DNA of 61,439 nt, counting the filler, from Chiloscyllium plagiosum (Eukaryota): assembly GCF_004010195.1 (NCBI RefSeq). It is 3 parts of one record of this genome, joined end to end, with 100 filler letters (N's around TTAATTAATTAA, not from the genome) between each part and the next. Parts side by side here need not be neighbours in the genome. Positions count along the whole stretch, not along the records: positions 1 to 26,674 come from NC_057714.1; 2 more parts are not named here. The stretch is one strand, 5' to 3'. The notes beneath the pieces were generated by a model. That model made no database searches and had not been told where the DNA came from. It worked only from the letters and a program-made list of their open reading frames with translations. Position numbers and translations under genes: made by a program. Shown here one piece after another: positions 11,041 through 23,262 of the stretch (position 1 is its first letter; the number at the start of each line of letters is the position of its first letter).

Positions 11041-14000
11041 TAGAACATAGAACATAGAACATAGAACATAGAACAATACAGTACAGAACAGGCCCTTCAG
11101 CCCACGATCTTGTGCCAAACATTTGTCCTAGCTTAAGCACCTATCCATGTACCTATCCAATTGCTGCTTAAAGGTCACCAATGATTCTGACTCTGCCACT
11201 CCCACAGGCAGCGCATTCCATGCCCCCACCACTCTCTGGGTAAAGAACCTACCCCTGACATCCCCCCTATACCTTCCACCCTTCACCTTAAATTTATGTC
11301 CCCGGCTGTTTTACCCGGGGAAAAAGTCTCTGACTGTCCACTCTATCTATTCCCCGGATCATCTTGTAAACCTTTATCAAGTCACCCCTCATCCTTCGCC
11401 GTTCCAATGAGAAAAGGCCTAGCACTCTCAACCTATCCTTGAACGACCTATTCTCCATTCCAGGCAACATCCTGGTAAATCTTCTCTGCACCCTCTCCAA
11501 AGCTTCCACATCTTTCCTAAAATGAGGTGACCAGAACTGTACACAGTACTCCAAATGTGGCCTTACCAAGGTCCTATACAGCTGCAACATCACCTCTCGA
11601 CTCTTGAATTAGCTAATGAACGCTAATACACCATAGGCCTTCTTACAAGCTCTATCCAACTGAGTGGCAACTTTCAAAAAGCTATGAACATAGACCCCAA
11701 GATCCCTCTGCTCCTCCACCTTACTAAGAACCCTACCGTTAACCCTGTATTCCGCATTCTTATTTGTCCTTCCAAAATGAACAATCTCACACTTGACAGG
11801 GTTGAACTCCATCTGCCACTCCTCAGCCCAACTCTGCATCATATCCAAGTCCCTTTGCAGCCGACAAGAGCCCTCCTCACTATCCACAACTCCAATCTTC
11901 GTATCNNNNNNNNNNNNNNNNNNNNNNNNNNNNNNNNNNNNNNNNNNNNNNNNNNNNNNNNNNNNNNNNNNNNNNNNNNNNNNNNNNNNNNNNNNNNNNN
12001 NNNNNNNNNNNNNNNNNNNNNNNNNNNNNNNNNNNNNNNNNNNNNNNNNNNNNNNNNNNNNNNNNNNNNNNNNNNNNNNNNNNNNNNNNNNNNNNNNNNN
12101 NNNNNNNNNNNNNNNNNNNNNNNNNNNNNNNNNNNNNNNNNNNNNNNNNNNNNNNNNNNNNNNNNNNNNNNNNNNNNNNNNNNNNNNNNNNNNNNNNNNN
12201 NNNNNNNNNNNNNNNNNNNNNNNNNNNNNNNNNNNNNNNNNNNNNNNNNNNNNNNNNNNNNNNNNNNNNNNNNNNNNNNNNNNNNNNNNNNNNNNNNNNN
12301 NNNNNNNNNNNNNNNNNNNNNNNNNNNNNNNNNNNNNNNNNNNNNNNNNNNNNNNNNNNNNNNNNNNNNNNNNNNNNNNNNNNNNNNNNNNNNNNNNNNN
12401 NNNNNNNNNNNNNNNNNNNNNNNNNNNNNNNNNNNNNNNNNNNNNNNNNNNNNNNNNNNNNNNNNNNNNNNNNNNNNNNNNNNNNNNNNNNNNNNNNNNN
12501 NNNNNNNNNNNNNNNNNNNNNNNNNNNNNNNNNNNNNNNNNGGACCTACCCTTGTTCTCGTCATTCTCATGTTTCTCACATACGCATAAAAGGCCTTGGG
12601 TTTATCCTTGATCCTACCCGCCAAAGATTTTTCATGCCCTCTCTTAGTTCTCCTAATCTCTTTCTTCAGCTCCTTCCTGGCTATCCTGTATCCCTCCAAC
12701 ACTCTGTCTGAACCTTGTTTCCTCAACCTTATGTAAGCCTCCTTCTTCCTCTTTACTAGACATTCAACCTCCCTCGTCAACCAAGGTTCCCCCACACGAC
12801 CATTTCTTTCCTGCCTGACAGGTACATACATATCAAGGACACGTCGTATCTGTTCCTTGAAAAAGTTCCACATTTCAATGACATCCTTCCCTGACAGCCT
12901 ATGCTCCCCACTTAGGCTCCTCAGATCCTGTCTTTCAGCATTGTAATTACCCTTCCCCCAATTGTAAAACCTACCCTGTGAACCAAGGTGAAAGTCACAG
13001 AATTGTGGTCACCATCACCAAAATGCTCACCCACTAACAAGCCCATCACTTATCCCGGTTCGTTACCAAGTACCAAATCCAATATGGCCTCCCCTCTGGT
13101 CGGACAATCTACATACTGAGTTAGAAAAGCTTCCTGGACACACTGCACAAACACCGCCCCGTCCAATCTACTTGATCTAAAGAGCTTCCAATCAATATTT
13201 GGGAAGTTGAAATTGCCCATGACTACTACCCTGTGGCTTCTGCACCTTTCCAAAATCTGTTTTTCAATCAGTTTCTTCACATCTCTGCTGCTATTGGGCG
13301 GCCTATAGTAAACACCCAATAAGGTGACTGCTCCTTTCCTATTTCTGACTTCAGCCCATACTACCTCCAGAGGTAGATCCCCCTCGAACTGCCTTTCTAC
13401 AGCCATTATACCATTTCTAATTAGCAACGCCACACCCCCCTCCTTTTTTACCACCCTCCCTAATCTTACTGAAGCATCTGTAACCAGGAACCTCCAACAA
13501 CCAATCCTGTCCCTATTCTATCCACGTTTCAGTGATGGCCACAACATCGTAGTCCCAAGTACCTATCCACGCCTTATTTCTGATACTCTTTGCGTTGAAA
13601 TATACACACTTGAACCCATCTCTGTGTCTGCAAGTATTCCCTGTCAGTGCTACCTTCTCCACAGCCTCCCTACATTCTTGGACATCCTGAAAAACAGCTA
13701 GCCTACTTGCTGGACTACAAGTCCGGATCCCATCCCCCTGCCAATTTAGTTTAAACCCCCCCGAAGAGTGCTAGCAAACCTACCTCCCAGGATATTGGTA
13801 CCCTTCTGGTTCAGGTGCAACCCGTCCTGCTTGTACAGGTCCCACCTTCCCCAGAATGCAGTCCAATTGTCCAAATACCTGAAGCCCTCCCTCCTACACC
13901 ATCCTTGCAGCCACGTGTTCAACTGCACTCTCTCCCTATTCCTTGCCTCACTGTCACGTGACACTGGCAACAACCCAGAGATGATGACTCTGTCCGTCCT

Positions 14001-14590
14001 AGCTTTTAGCTTCCAGCCGAACTCCCTGAGCTNNNNNNNNNNNNNNNNNNNNNNNNNNNNNNNNNNNNNNNNNNNNNNNNNNNNNNNNNNNNNNNNNNNN
14101 NNNNNNNNNNNNNNNNNNNNNNNNNNNNNNNNNNNNNNNNNNNNNNNNNNNNNACCTCTGTTCTCTGGTGTAACTATGTCCCTGTAGCTTCTATCTATCA
14201 CCCTCTCAGCCTCTCGAATAATCCTCAGTTCATCCAGCTCCAGTTCCCTAACGCGATCTGTGAGGAGCTGGAGCTGGCTGCACTTCCTGCAGATGAAGTC
14301 GGCAGGAGCATCGGTGGTCACCCCTACCTCAAACATCCTGCAGGAGGAACATTCCACTGCCTGCGCTGCCATTACTCTACACTTAGTCTCCAAAACAAGA
14401 ACACTAAGTAGCTTACCTGTTCAGCTGACTGAGTCCTTTATTTTTAGGTTAGAGGAGGAGGGAGGGTGGGAGACACTACACGTGTAGTGTCTTGGGTTCC
14501 TTCTCCACTCAAATAACAATCACTTACCTTCCTGACCAGCTCTATGCTCCGACTTCACTTCCGCCCAGCTCCCGCCGCTCTCTGCTGCAA
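11041..14590 (-). mobile_element. Near full-length CR1 LINE (5' UTR, ORF1, ORF2, 3' tail), partly in N gaps
   Basis: ORF1, then APE (13050..13454: GVYYRPP, MGNFN, LDLVLGN), linker, RT C-terminus (HLEYCVQFWSP), (AGAACAT)n tail; short catta duplication at the ends. Confidence 0.93.
13746..14393 (-). pseudogene. CR1 ORF1 (zinc finger/leucine zipper + SGNH esterase)
   Basis: CSSC...CRKC, coiled coil, ISGLLPV, DGLHLN esterase motif; middle lies in a gap. Confidence 0.88.
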
Positions 14591-14594
14591 AAAG

Positions 14595-14925
14595 CATTAT
14601 ACTTTCTTTGACTAACAAAACTACACCTCACCATCTTTAACCTTCCCTGATCTAAATGAAAGATCTAAACCCTGGAACCTGCAATATCCATTCCTGACCC
14701 TGCTCTATCCATGTCTCCGAAATGGCCACAACATCAAAGTTCCAGGTACCTATCCATGCTGAAAGCTCATCTACTTTATTCCGGATACTCCTGGCGTTGA
14801 AGTAGACACACTTCAAACCAGCTTGCTGTCTGCTAGCACATTCCTGTGACCCTGAAATCCTGTCCGCGTCCTCCCTACCCTCATCCTCCTGTGCACTGCA
14901 ACTACACCACAGGTTCCCATCACCC
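14595..14925 (-). mobile_element. CR1 ORF2 APE N-terminus (continuation of the 7648-11040 copy)
   Basis: Minus strand encodes CVYFNARSIRNKVDEL...VVAISETWI. Confidence 0.8.
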
Positions 14926-14941
14926 TGCTGACTTTCTTCAG

Positions 14942-16430
14942 CAATGTCTCAGACACCACTGTCACCTTTTCTGGGTATGACCTATCTCATTGTCAGGTCA
15001 GACTCAACAGAGGCAGTGGCACAGTGACATACAGTCTAGAAAGAGACTCCCTAGGAGTCATCAACATAAAGTCTCATGGCATCAACTTAAGCGTGACCAA
15101 AGAAACCGCCTGCTGATTACCACCTCCTGCTGATGAATCATTTCTGTTCTATGTTGAAGACCTTTCAAAGTGGTACGTTGGGCAAGGGATATTAATGTCC
15201 ACAACACAAGACTGGCTCAGCCGTAGTACCCCAATCAGTTGGACAAAGCCTAATGGACATAGCTGCTGGTCTGGATCTGCAGCAGGTAATGATTGAAAAA
15301 AACAACGGGAATAACATATTTAATCTTATTCTTGCCAATCTGCCTGCCACACATACATCTGCTCATGACAGTATTGATGAAAGAGACCACTGCAGAGTCC
15401 TGATGGAGACAAAGTCTCATCTCCATATTGACCACACTGTCCATCATGTTGAGTGATGCTACCACCATGGTCAATAGGACTTCGAATAGATCTAGGAACT
15501 CAAGACTAGGCATTCATGAAACCTTGTGGGCCATCAGCAAAAGCAGCAGAATTGTATTTCAGCATAATCTGCAATCTCATGGCCCAGCATATCTCTCATT
15601 TTACTGCTGTCATAAATGCTGGTTCAATGAAGAATGCAGGAGGATATGCCAGGAAGCGACACCAGGAAAACCTAAAAATGGGCTGTCAACCTGGTGAAGG
15701 TAGCAAACAGGACCACCAATGTGCCAAACAGCAAAGGCAGCAAGTGATAGATAAAGCTGAGCAATTCCACCACCAGATCTAAGCTCTGCACTTCTGCCAC
15801 ATCGGTTGTGAACGATGGAAAATTAAATAACTGACAGGAGGAGGAGGATCCAAACACCTCCCACATCAATAATGGGAGAAATCCAGCACATCAGCACAAA
15901 AGATATGGCTGAAAGATTTGCAACAATATTCAGCCAGGATTGCCAAGTGGCTGATCTCATTTAGATTAGATTAGATTACTAACAGTGTGGAAACAGGCCC
16001 TTCGGCCCAACAAGTCCACACCGACCCGCCGAAGCATAACCCACCCAGACCCATTCCCCTACATTTACCCCTTCACCTAACACTATGGGTAATTTAGCAT
16101 GGCCAATTCACCTGACCTGCACATTTTTGGACTGTGGGAGGAAACCGGAGCACCCGGAGGAAACCCACGCAGACACTGGGAGAATGTGTAAACTCCACAC
16201 AGAGAGTCGCCTGAGGCAGGAATTGAACCCAGGTCTCTGGCGCTGTGAGGCAGCAGTGCTAACCACTGTGCCACCGTGCCACCCATGCCGCCATGCCACC
16301 CATTTAGCATCTTCCAATGGTCCGCAGCATCCAAGATGCCAGTCTTCAGCACATTCGATTCAGTCCATGTCATGGAGGTACCGGATACTGCAAAGGCTTG
16401 ATACCATTCAGGACAAAACATCCTGTTCAA
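14942..16430 (+). mobile_element. Family B APE LINE, continuation; RT region largely deleted
   Basis: ORF 15253..15456 (NIFNLILANLP...AHDSIDERDHCRVL) fits APE C-terminal motifs; joins the break at 7614. Confidence 0.7.
15961..16300 (-). mobile_element. HE1-type V-SINE, full length
   Basis: Reverse complement of 9196-9509; catttag on both flanks. Confidence 0.92.
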
Positions 16431-17197
16431 GGTGAGAGACCTATTTACCGACTTTATCATCCTCATTCTTTTGCATTGCATCTCATTGATGCGCAGGTTC
16501 CCATTCTGCCAGCCATTGGGTAAAAACTAGATGATGTCAGTTGCCGACATGAAAGTCTGGGCAGCATCCTGTTGACTCCAGCTCACTGCTTGGTCACCTG
16601 AACCCCATCAGTCACCAGCATCTCACAGCATGCTGTACAGGCAGGGTCTGCACTCAGCCACGCCTAGCAGAAGCTCCGGGTGTCATCAGTCTGTCATGTC
16701 CAGAGCAAATAGAACACGTGGCTAGGGCAGCCATAGGCTGCCAGTGCTTGACCAGGTTCACAACTGGGCTCTAAAGATGCTGCTGGCACCAGGGAGGTGC
16801 TCTCTTTAAGTTGTATAGCTACTCTCAGGTTGCCCTGAAGTTGCCAGTCAGTGGGCCAACACATTGATTTTTGGTTTCAGAACTGGAAAAAAAAAACTTG
16901 AGGGAATTAAGGTGTCCGGTACTCCTCCTGCGAGGAGCAGGGGAATATGATGGATGGTGTGCCACAGGCGCAAAGGAAATCAGGTAAGTTTGGGAAGGTA
17001 GCACAAGAAAACCCATTGGCGTTCACAGAGTGAAACCCTCTGGAAAACCTACCAAGAATGACACCTAGCATATATCTGACAAGATTCAGCCCACAATAAT
17101 GTGGATTCTTTACTCCATCATGGTTTTGCAGGTTTTCTTGTACTGAGGTTTTCACTGTACTGAGAATAGAGCTTGGTTCTTCTGCAGTGCACCATCT

Positions 17198-17430
17198 GGG
17201 TGACATGGTAACACAATTGTCAGCACTGCTGTCTCACAGTACCAAGGACCAGTGTTCAATTCCAACCCTGGGGGGGTGGCTGTGTGGAGTTTGCACATTC
17301 TCCTCATGTCTGTGTGGGTTTCCTTCCACAATTCAGGATGAGCAGACTAGGTGGATTGGCCATACTAAATGCAGGGATAGGGTAGGATGTTCTTCAGAGT
17401 ATTGATGGGCTGCGTGGCCTCTTATGGATT
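17198..17430 (+). mobile_element. Degenerate HE1-type SINE
   Basis: cagcactgctgtctcacag...tgtgtggagtttgcacattctcc. Confidence 0.8.
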
Positions 17431-20308
17431 CTGTGTTGATTTCAAGCAGCACTTTAAGTTTTTAATTTAATTCCCTCCTTCTCTCCCTAACCTTGTCTAT
17501 ATTTTGTTGTTGTTGCACTTCCCCTGACGGGAGTGCTTGTAACTGATTATTTTCATCAGTAAAATAGATAGTTTGGTGGCCAGTATCTCAAAATCAATTG
17601 CTGGCTACTTCAAAAGTAATTTAAAAATCAAACTAAAAATAGAAGATCTGGGTTCTTCCCTAGTAGGGAGTGGACTTTTGAATTGGGTAAGGCCTGCAAG
17701 AGGGAAAGGTGGAAACTGGAGTTTCTGCTAATTTATAGATTTACATTTGAACCCTAGCAAATCTCTGAAGGTCTTTTTTTCTGACTAATTCAGCATATGG
17801 ATCTCGGTCCTTTAAACATTAAGTATAGAACACTTTCCATCAAGCCAATCTGCATTTGTGTTTACCATGTGATCCGTGTTCCTAATCATGTGTGCTCACC
17901 CTCTTTCCACATCCCTATGTTCCCTTTCTATCAGCCACTTATCTAATCTATTTTTAAATATTGACACAGTCACTGCCTCAATCACTAATTCTTGAAATGC
18001 TTTCCACAGCATCTTGGCTCTGTTTTTTCCGTGTTTTAAATCTTACATTACAGTGTCCTCATTCAATAACTTTCAACCAGAGAAGTTCTGAGAAGTTCTT
18101 CCAATATGTCATTTCAATGGCTTCTATATACTTAACAGAAGGTTGGTGGAAACTTGATTTATTTAACAAGAGTTTATACCAAAGTTTGACTCAAGTTTTG
18201 GCAGGAATCCCAAGGAAATTTCCGAGAAGGCTATACCTCACGGTGAAGTTGAAATATTTGTCACTGAGGTATACCATCGGTGTTACTTTCAATAGGTTTA
18301 AATGTTGCTTCAGCTATGAATTAACACAATTTGTTGGCTATTCCCATAATTTTGTTTTGAAAGCTAAAGGCAAAATTAACTGCTGCCTAAACAGAAGTGA
18401 ACAAGGTTGCACATTTGACATTTGAATCAAATTCTATAGAACTTTACTTCTCTCCTATAGCCAATAATAAACCTCAACATCCTGAACCACTGACCTGCTG
18501 ATCAAATAATCCATTCACATGTGCTTAATCAAAGGTGTATATGACTTGGACTTTATCTGGTATCTATCAAGTCTTGTGGTTTGGGAATTGAGTGTGTATG
18601 GCAATTGCTTCAGGATACATTTTGTTACGTCAAATGCACAGTACAATTACTTTGGTGGCAATGAAACATAACAATTCTTAGATGCTGTAAAATAGGCTGG
18701 GGCCTCCAAGAAGCCAATCCCAACAAACAGTTCAACTCTACATGAACCTTTTCTGTCCTTATCACTTAGTCTGTTATCTGTCTAAGAACACAGGCAAATT
18801 CAGAAAGGTTGCCCTTTTATAAACTGATCACCTTTCGAACCCATTTATTTTGTACACACTCATGTTAACTTGCTTCTGTCTTCAACCACCCTTCCAAACC
18901 CTATTCTCATTTCATACTTCGTAGCTACATATTCTTGCCTTTGATCAATCTAGCACCTTGTGTAACTGGTAGGATGCACACTTTATTTTTCTTCTTTGCT
19001 ATCCCTTTTACCAATTACTTTAAATCTGGGCTTACAATCCTTTCGTGAACCTTCTCTCTTCCAAGGAAAACAGTGCCAACCTCTCCAGTCTATCTTTGTA
19101 ACTAAAATTCCTCATCCCTGGAACCATTCCCATTAACCTTTTTCACACTGTCTCCAATAGCTGAACACCATTTCCAATGGATGTGCCCAAAATGGATCCC
19201 TGTAGCAATGTTCAGAGCTATATCCTTGATTTTACATTATCTCTTGATGATTTTTCTACTGACATTTATCACCTATGCATCGTTATAGGAAGGAAGTAGT
19301 TTGCTATTTCCAAGACTGAACTTCAGCAAAGTCAATGGGAGTGCTGTCAACCAGGTCCTTCAAACAGAATGAATACATCCATTTGATTTTATTACAATGC
19401 AGATAGATGAGGACTGAACAGACTGTAGACATTATTGCATAAATTTCCAAAGCACAAGTTGATAATTACATGTGAGTTTCCATTTGTCAGTTTTGAATGA
19501 CGCAATAACTCCTTCTCAGAGTGATTAAAAGCCAAAGCCAGAAGTTTAACCAAACTGCTGGAGTCATCAATTGAAGGAAACTTCCAGACAAAAAAAAGTT
19601 AGCATCTCATTTTGAAGGATTGAATTGAAATGCAATTTTAAAAGAATTGATTAATTGGAGCCTATGGCTGAAATGCTTATGATACATGTCCAGGAATTGT
19701 TTCACATCAGCCTGCTTCTCCTAGTTCCACATTCATCCATGTAGTTTCTGAAAATGGGCAGGTTTAGGATGTGGGGAGTTGAGGGGGGGAGGGGGGAGAG
19801 TGGTGGTGGTGGTGGTGATTCTCAAACAGGCACTAGGCTTCATAGTTGCACATGCAATGGGCTAAAAACCTCTTTGGACATGAGCACTGGTCACTTCTTT
19901 TCCTGCCTTTATCAATATAGTGGGCAGCAAGTACATTCAACATGTAACTATCATGCCTGATTAATAAACCCATGTTGCACAATGGGCCTGTCTTGTAACC
20001 CCTGTACCCCAGAAAGCCCAAACTTGCTATGTGGAACCTAGACCAGGTACAAATCAACATAGAACTTATAACATGGAAGCAGCCATTTAACCCACCCCAT
20101 TCATTTTCAACATTTAACTTCATGTGAGCCACTAGTCCTAATCAGGGTCCTTCACTCTGTTTCCACATCCATTCATTTTATTTTATGTGCATATCCAATT
20201 GTATCTTAAATGTAGATATAGTTTTCATCTCAACCATTAATCCCACAAGAGAATTCTGAAACCATAGAACTCTTTGTGTAAAGAAGGTTTGCTTGATCTC
20301 TGTTGAAG

Positions 20309-20530
20309 TCGAGAGTGTGGTGCTGGAAAAGCACAGAAGGTCAGGCAGCATCCGAAGAGCAGGAGAATCGACGTTTCAGGCCAGAGCCATTCATCAGGAT
20401 TCCTGATGAAGGGTTCCGGCCCGAAACATCAATCTCCTGCTCCTTGGATGCTGCCTGACCTGCTGTGCTTTTCCAGCAACACACTCTCGACTCTGACCTC
20501 CAGCATCTGCAGACCTCACTTTCTCCCTCC
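20309..20530. mobile_element. Penelope-derived inverted element with back-to-back hammerhead motifs
   Basis: Centre ttcatcagg-att-cctgatgaa; 15-bp TSD TGATCTCTG(T/C)TGAAG at 20294-20308 and 20531-20545. Confidence 0.88.
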
Positions 20531-21094
20531 TGATCTCTGCTGAAGACTGTTATATGTAATCTTATATGTAGTGTGTTATATGTTATATGTAATCTAGGAA
20601 TCTTGTATCCTGTGGAATCCTAAGCGACTTGAACTGATCTGCTTTGTACTACTCTTTATTAACTTTAAGGTCTTCTGTTATGTCATTCCTCATCTATAAT
20701 TAATCTACTATTCTAAGAAATCAACACAATGCCACATTATAGTACCCTTTAGTATAATTGTGGCATAACTAATTCTATCTTTTGGTGGAATTCCATCTGA
20801 GTGTTAAGCTATTGTTGCTGAACTAACAATAGTGTCTGAATGATACATGATGTTATTAATAAGAAATTTGGCCCATGCTTGTTATAATGAAGAGATATCC
20901 AGTGAATTGAAAAGAGCCACAAGTTACTGGATAATTAGTGCTGCTTCTTCATTAGTTTAATTACAGTAATAAGTCACATTCAGTTTACCCATAAGTTTGC
21001 TGAATTAGTTGAACCTGTGTGCTAATAATCTATTAAACTCTTCTCAGAAATTTAAGTCCAGTAATTAGTATCTTAAATACTTTCTTAATAATAG

Positions 21095-21935
21095 TTATAA
21101 AGTCACAGAGTCATACAGCATGGAAATAGACCTTATGGTCCAACCAGTCCATGCTGAACATAATCCCAAACTAAACTAATCTCACCTGCCTGCTCCAGGC
21201 CCATATCCTACCAAACCATTCCTAGCCATGTACTTATGCAAATATCTTTTGAATGTTGTAATTGTACCCACATCCACCACTTCCTCAGGAATGTCACTCT
21301 GCATGCGATCCACCATCTGCATAAAAAGTTTGCCCCCATATCTCTTTTAAATCTCTCTCCTCTCACCTTAAAATATGGCCCGCAGTCTTGAAATCTTCCA
21401 TCTGAAAAGACAACTATCATTAGCTCTATTTATACCCCTCATTATTTTATAAACTTCTATAAGGTCGCCTCTCAATTTCCTATGCTCCAGTGAAAAGGGT
21501 TCCAGCCTATCCAACCTTTCTTTGTCACTCAAACCTTCCATACCTGGCAACATCCTGGTAAGTCTCTTTTGAAACCCGTCCAGTTTAATAATATCTTTCC
21601 TATAACTGGGCAACCAGAACTGGACAAGGTATTCCAGAAGAGGCCTCATCAATATCCCATACAAACTTAACATGCCTTCCCAACTCCTATACTCATAGGA
21701 CTGAGCAATGAAGGCAAAAGTGCCAAATGCCTTTTTAACCACCTTGTCTATATGTGACACAAACTTCAAAGAATTATGTACTTGCACCCCTAGGTCTCTC
21801 TGTTCTACACTACCCAAGGCCCTACCATTAATTGTATAAGCCATACCTTTCTGGATCAGTGGTGCTGGAAGAGCACAGCAGTTCAGGCAGCATCCAACGA
21901 GCATACCTTTGTCTGTTGTACCAAAACGCAATCAA
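21095..21935 (-). mobile_element. CR1 3' fragment with a 50-bp Penelope piece at 21851-21901 (TSD CATACCTTT)
   Basis: ORF 21368..21931 RDLGVQV...LEYLVQFWLP...RGDLIEVYKI. Confidence 0.9.
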
Positions 21936-23262
21936 TTTCTGTAATCATGGGCTACAATGGTTTTAAAAAGAAAGAATTGTGGATCTAAAAAGGCTGCAGC
22001 AAATATCTGACCACAGACAGAGGCAAGCTCAAGAAATCCAAAGTAATATGTTTTCTGAACTCTAATTACCAGAACTGCAGATTGCAGGAATACGTTTAAC
22101 CAACAGAACAAGCCCATGCGATACACACTCCTGAAATTTGTAGCCAATTATTTTGCTTCTTCTTAACACTCTTCAGCAAAGTCTTTAGGCCCTTAAAGCT
22201 GAAGAAAACGTGGTTCTTAGTAGTGATATTGCAGGGATGTATGATTGGTGCAACAGTTCGATATACATTTCAGTGACATTGTTGAAATGCTACATCTTAA
22301 TACTTGGTACTTGATACTTTGTCAGGTTTTCCTCTGCAGTCTTACACTAAGGAATTTTAACAGGAGGTGCACACTGACTGCAGTCATTAAAAAAAATTGA
22401 AGTCAATCATATTCCTGCAAGTGCATAACAATGTCAAGCCAAAAAGTATGCGTTAACGCATTTTCTGCAGGCGTTAAGCATTCTCCCTACTAGGCTAAAC
22501 TCCTCTAAAAGTAGGCCAATTTGGCACAAAGTATACCATCTACAAGTTATTAAATAACTCAGCCATTCACTCACATATCAAAATTCCATCCAAAAGAACA
22601 TCAGCCTTATCGTTGCAGATGAAATAAAGTGATGGCCTCAGGCTTTCTTTCTTTTCAGGTTTGTTTTACAACAAAGTTTTACAACTTTAGACACAAAAGT
22701 ACTCATCAAGAGACAAAAAAGCATGCCTTTGAACATGTGGAGAAAATTGCCACAGAGCATCANNNNNNNNNNNNNNNNNNNNNNNNNNNNNNNNNNNNNN
22801 NNNNNNNNNNNNNNNNNNNNNNNNNNNNNNNNNNNNNNNNNNNNNNNNNNNNNNNNNNNNNNNNNNNNNNNNNNNNNNNNNNNNNNNNNNNNNNNNNNNN
22901 NNNNNNNNNNNNNNNNNNNNNNNNNNNNNNNNNNNNNNNNNNNNNNNNNNNNNNNNNNNNNNNNNNNNNNNNNNNNNNNNNNNNNNNNNNNNNNNNNNNN
23001 NNNNNNNNNNNNNNNNNNNNNNNNNNNNNNNNNNNNNNNNNNNNNNNNNNNNNNNNNNNNNNNNNNNNNNNNNNNNNNNNNNNNNNNNNNNNNNNNNNNN
23101 NNNNNNNNNNNNNNNNNNNNNNNNNNNNNNNNNNNNNNNNNNNNNNNNNNNNNNNNNNNNNNNNNNNNNNNNNNNNNNNNNNNNNNNNNNNNNNNNNNNN
23201 NNNNNNNNNNNNNNNNNNNNNNNNNNNNNNNNNNNNNNNNNNNNNNNNNNNNNNNNNNNNNN

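Noticed and set aside
11684..12873. Long ORFs of 270-340 aa (also at 22629-23316 and 36877-37396)
   Set aside because: Length comes from N gaps translated as X
18231..18273. miR-875 or let-7 ortholog
   Set aside because: Only 7-10 nt match the recalled mature sequences
17961..18425. 154-aa ORF
   Set aside because: Non-ATG start inside a decayed CR1 tail; no recognisable motif
19760..19820. G-quadruplex-prone tract
   Set aside because: Simple low-complexity G/GGT run with no supporting context
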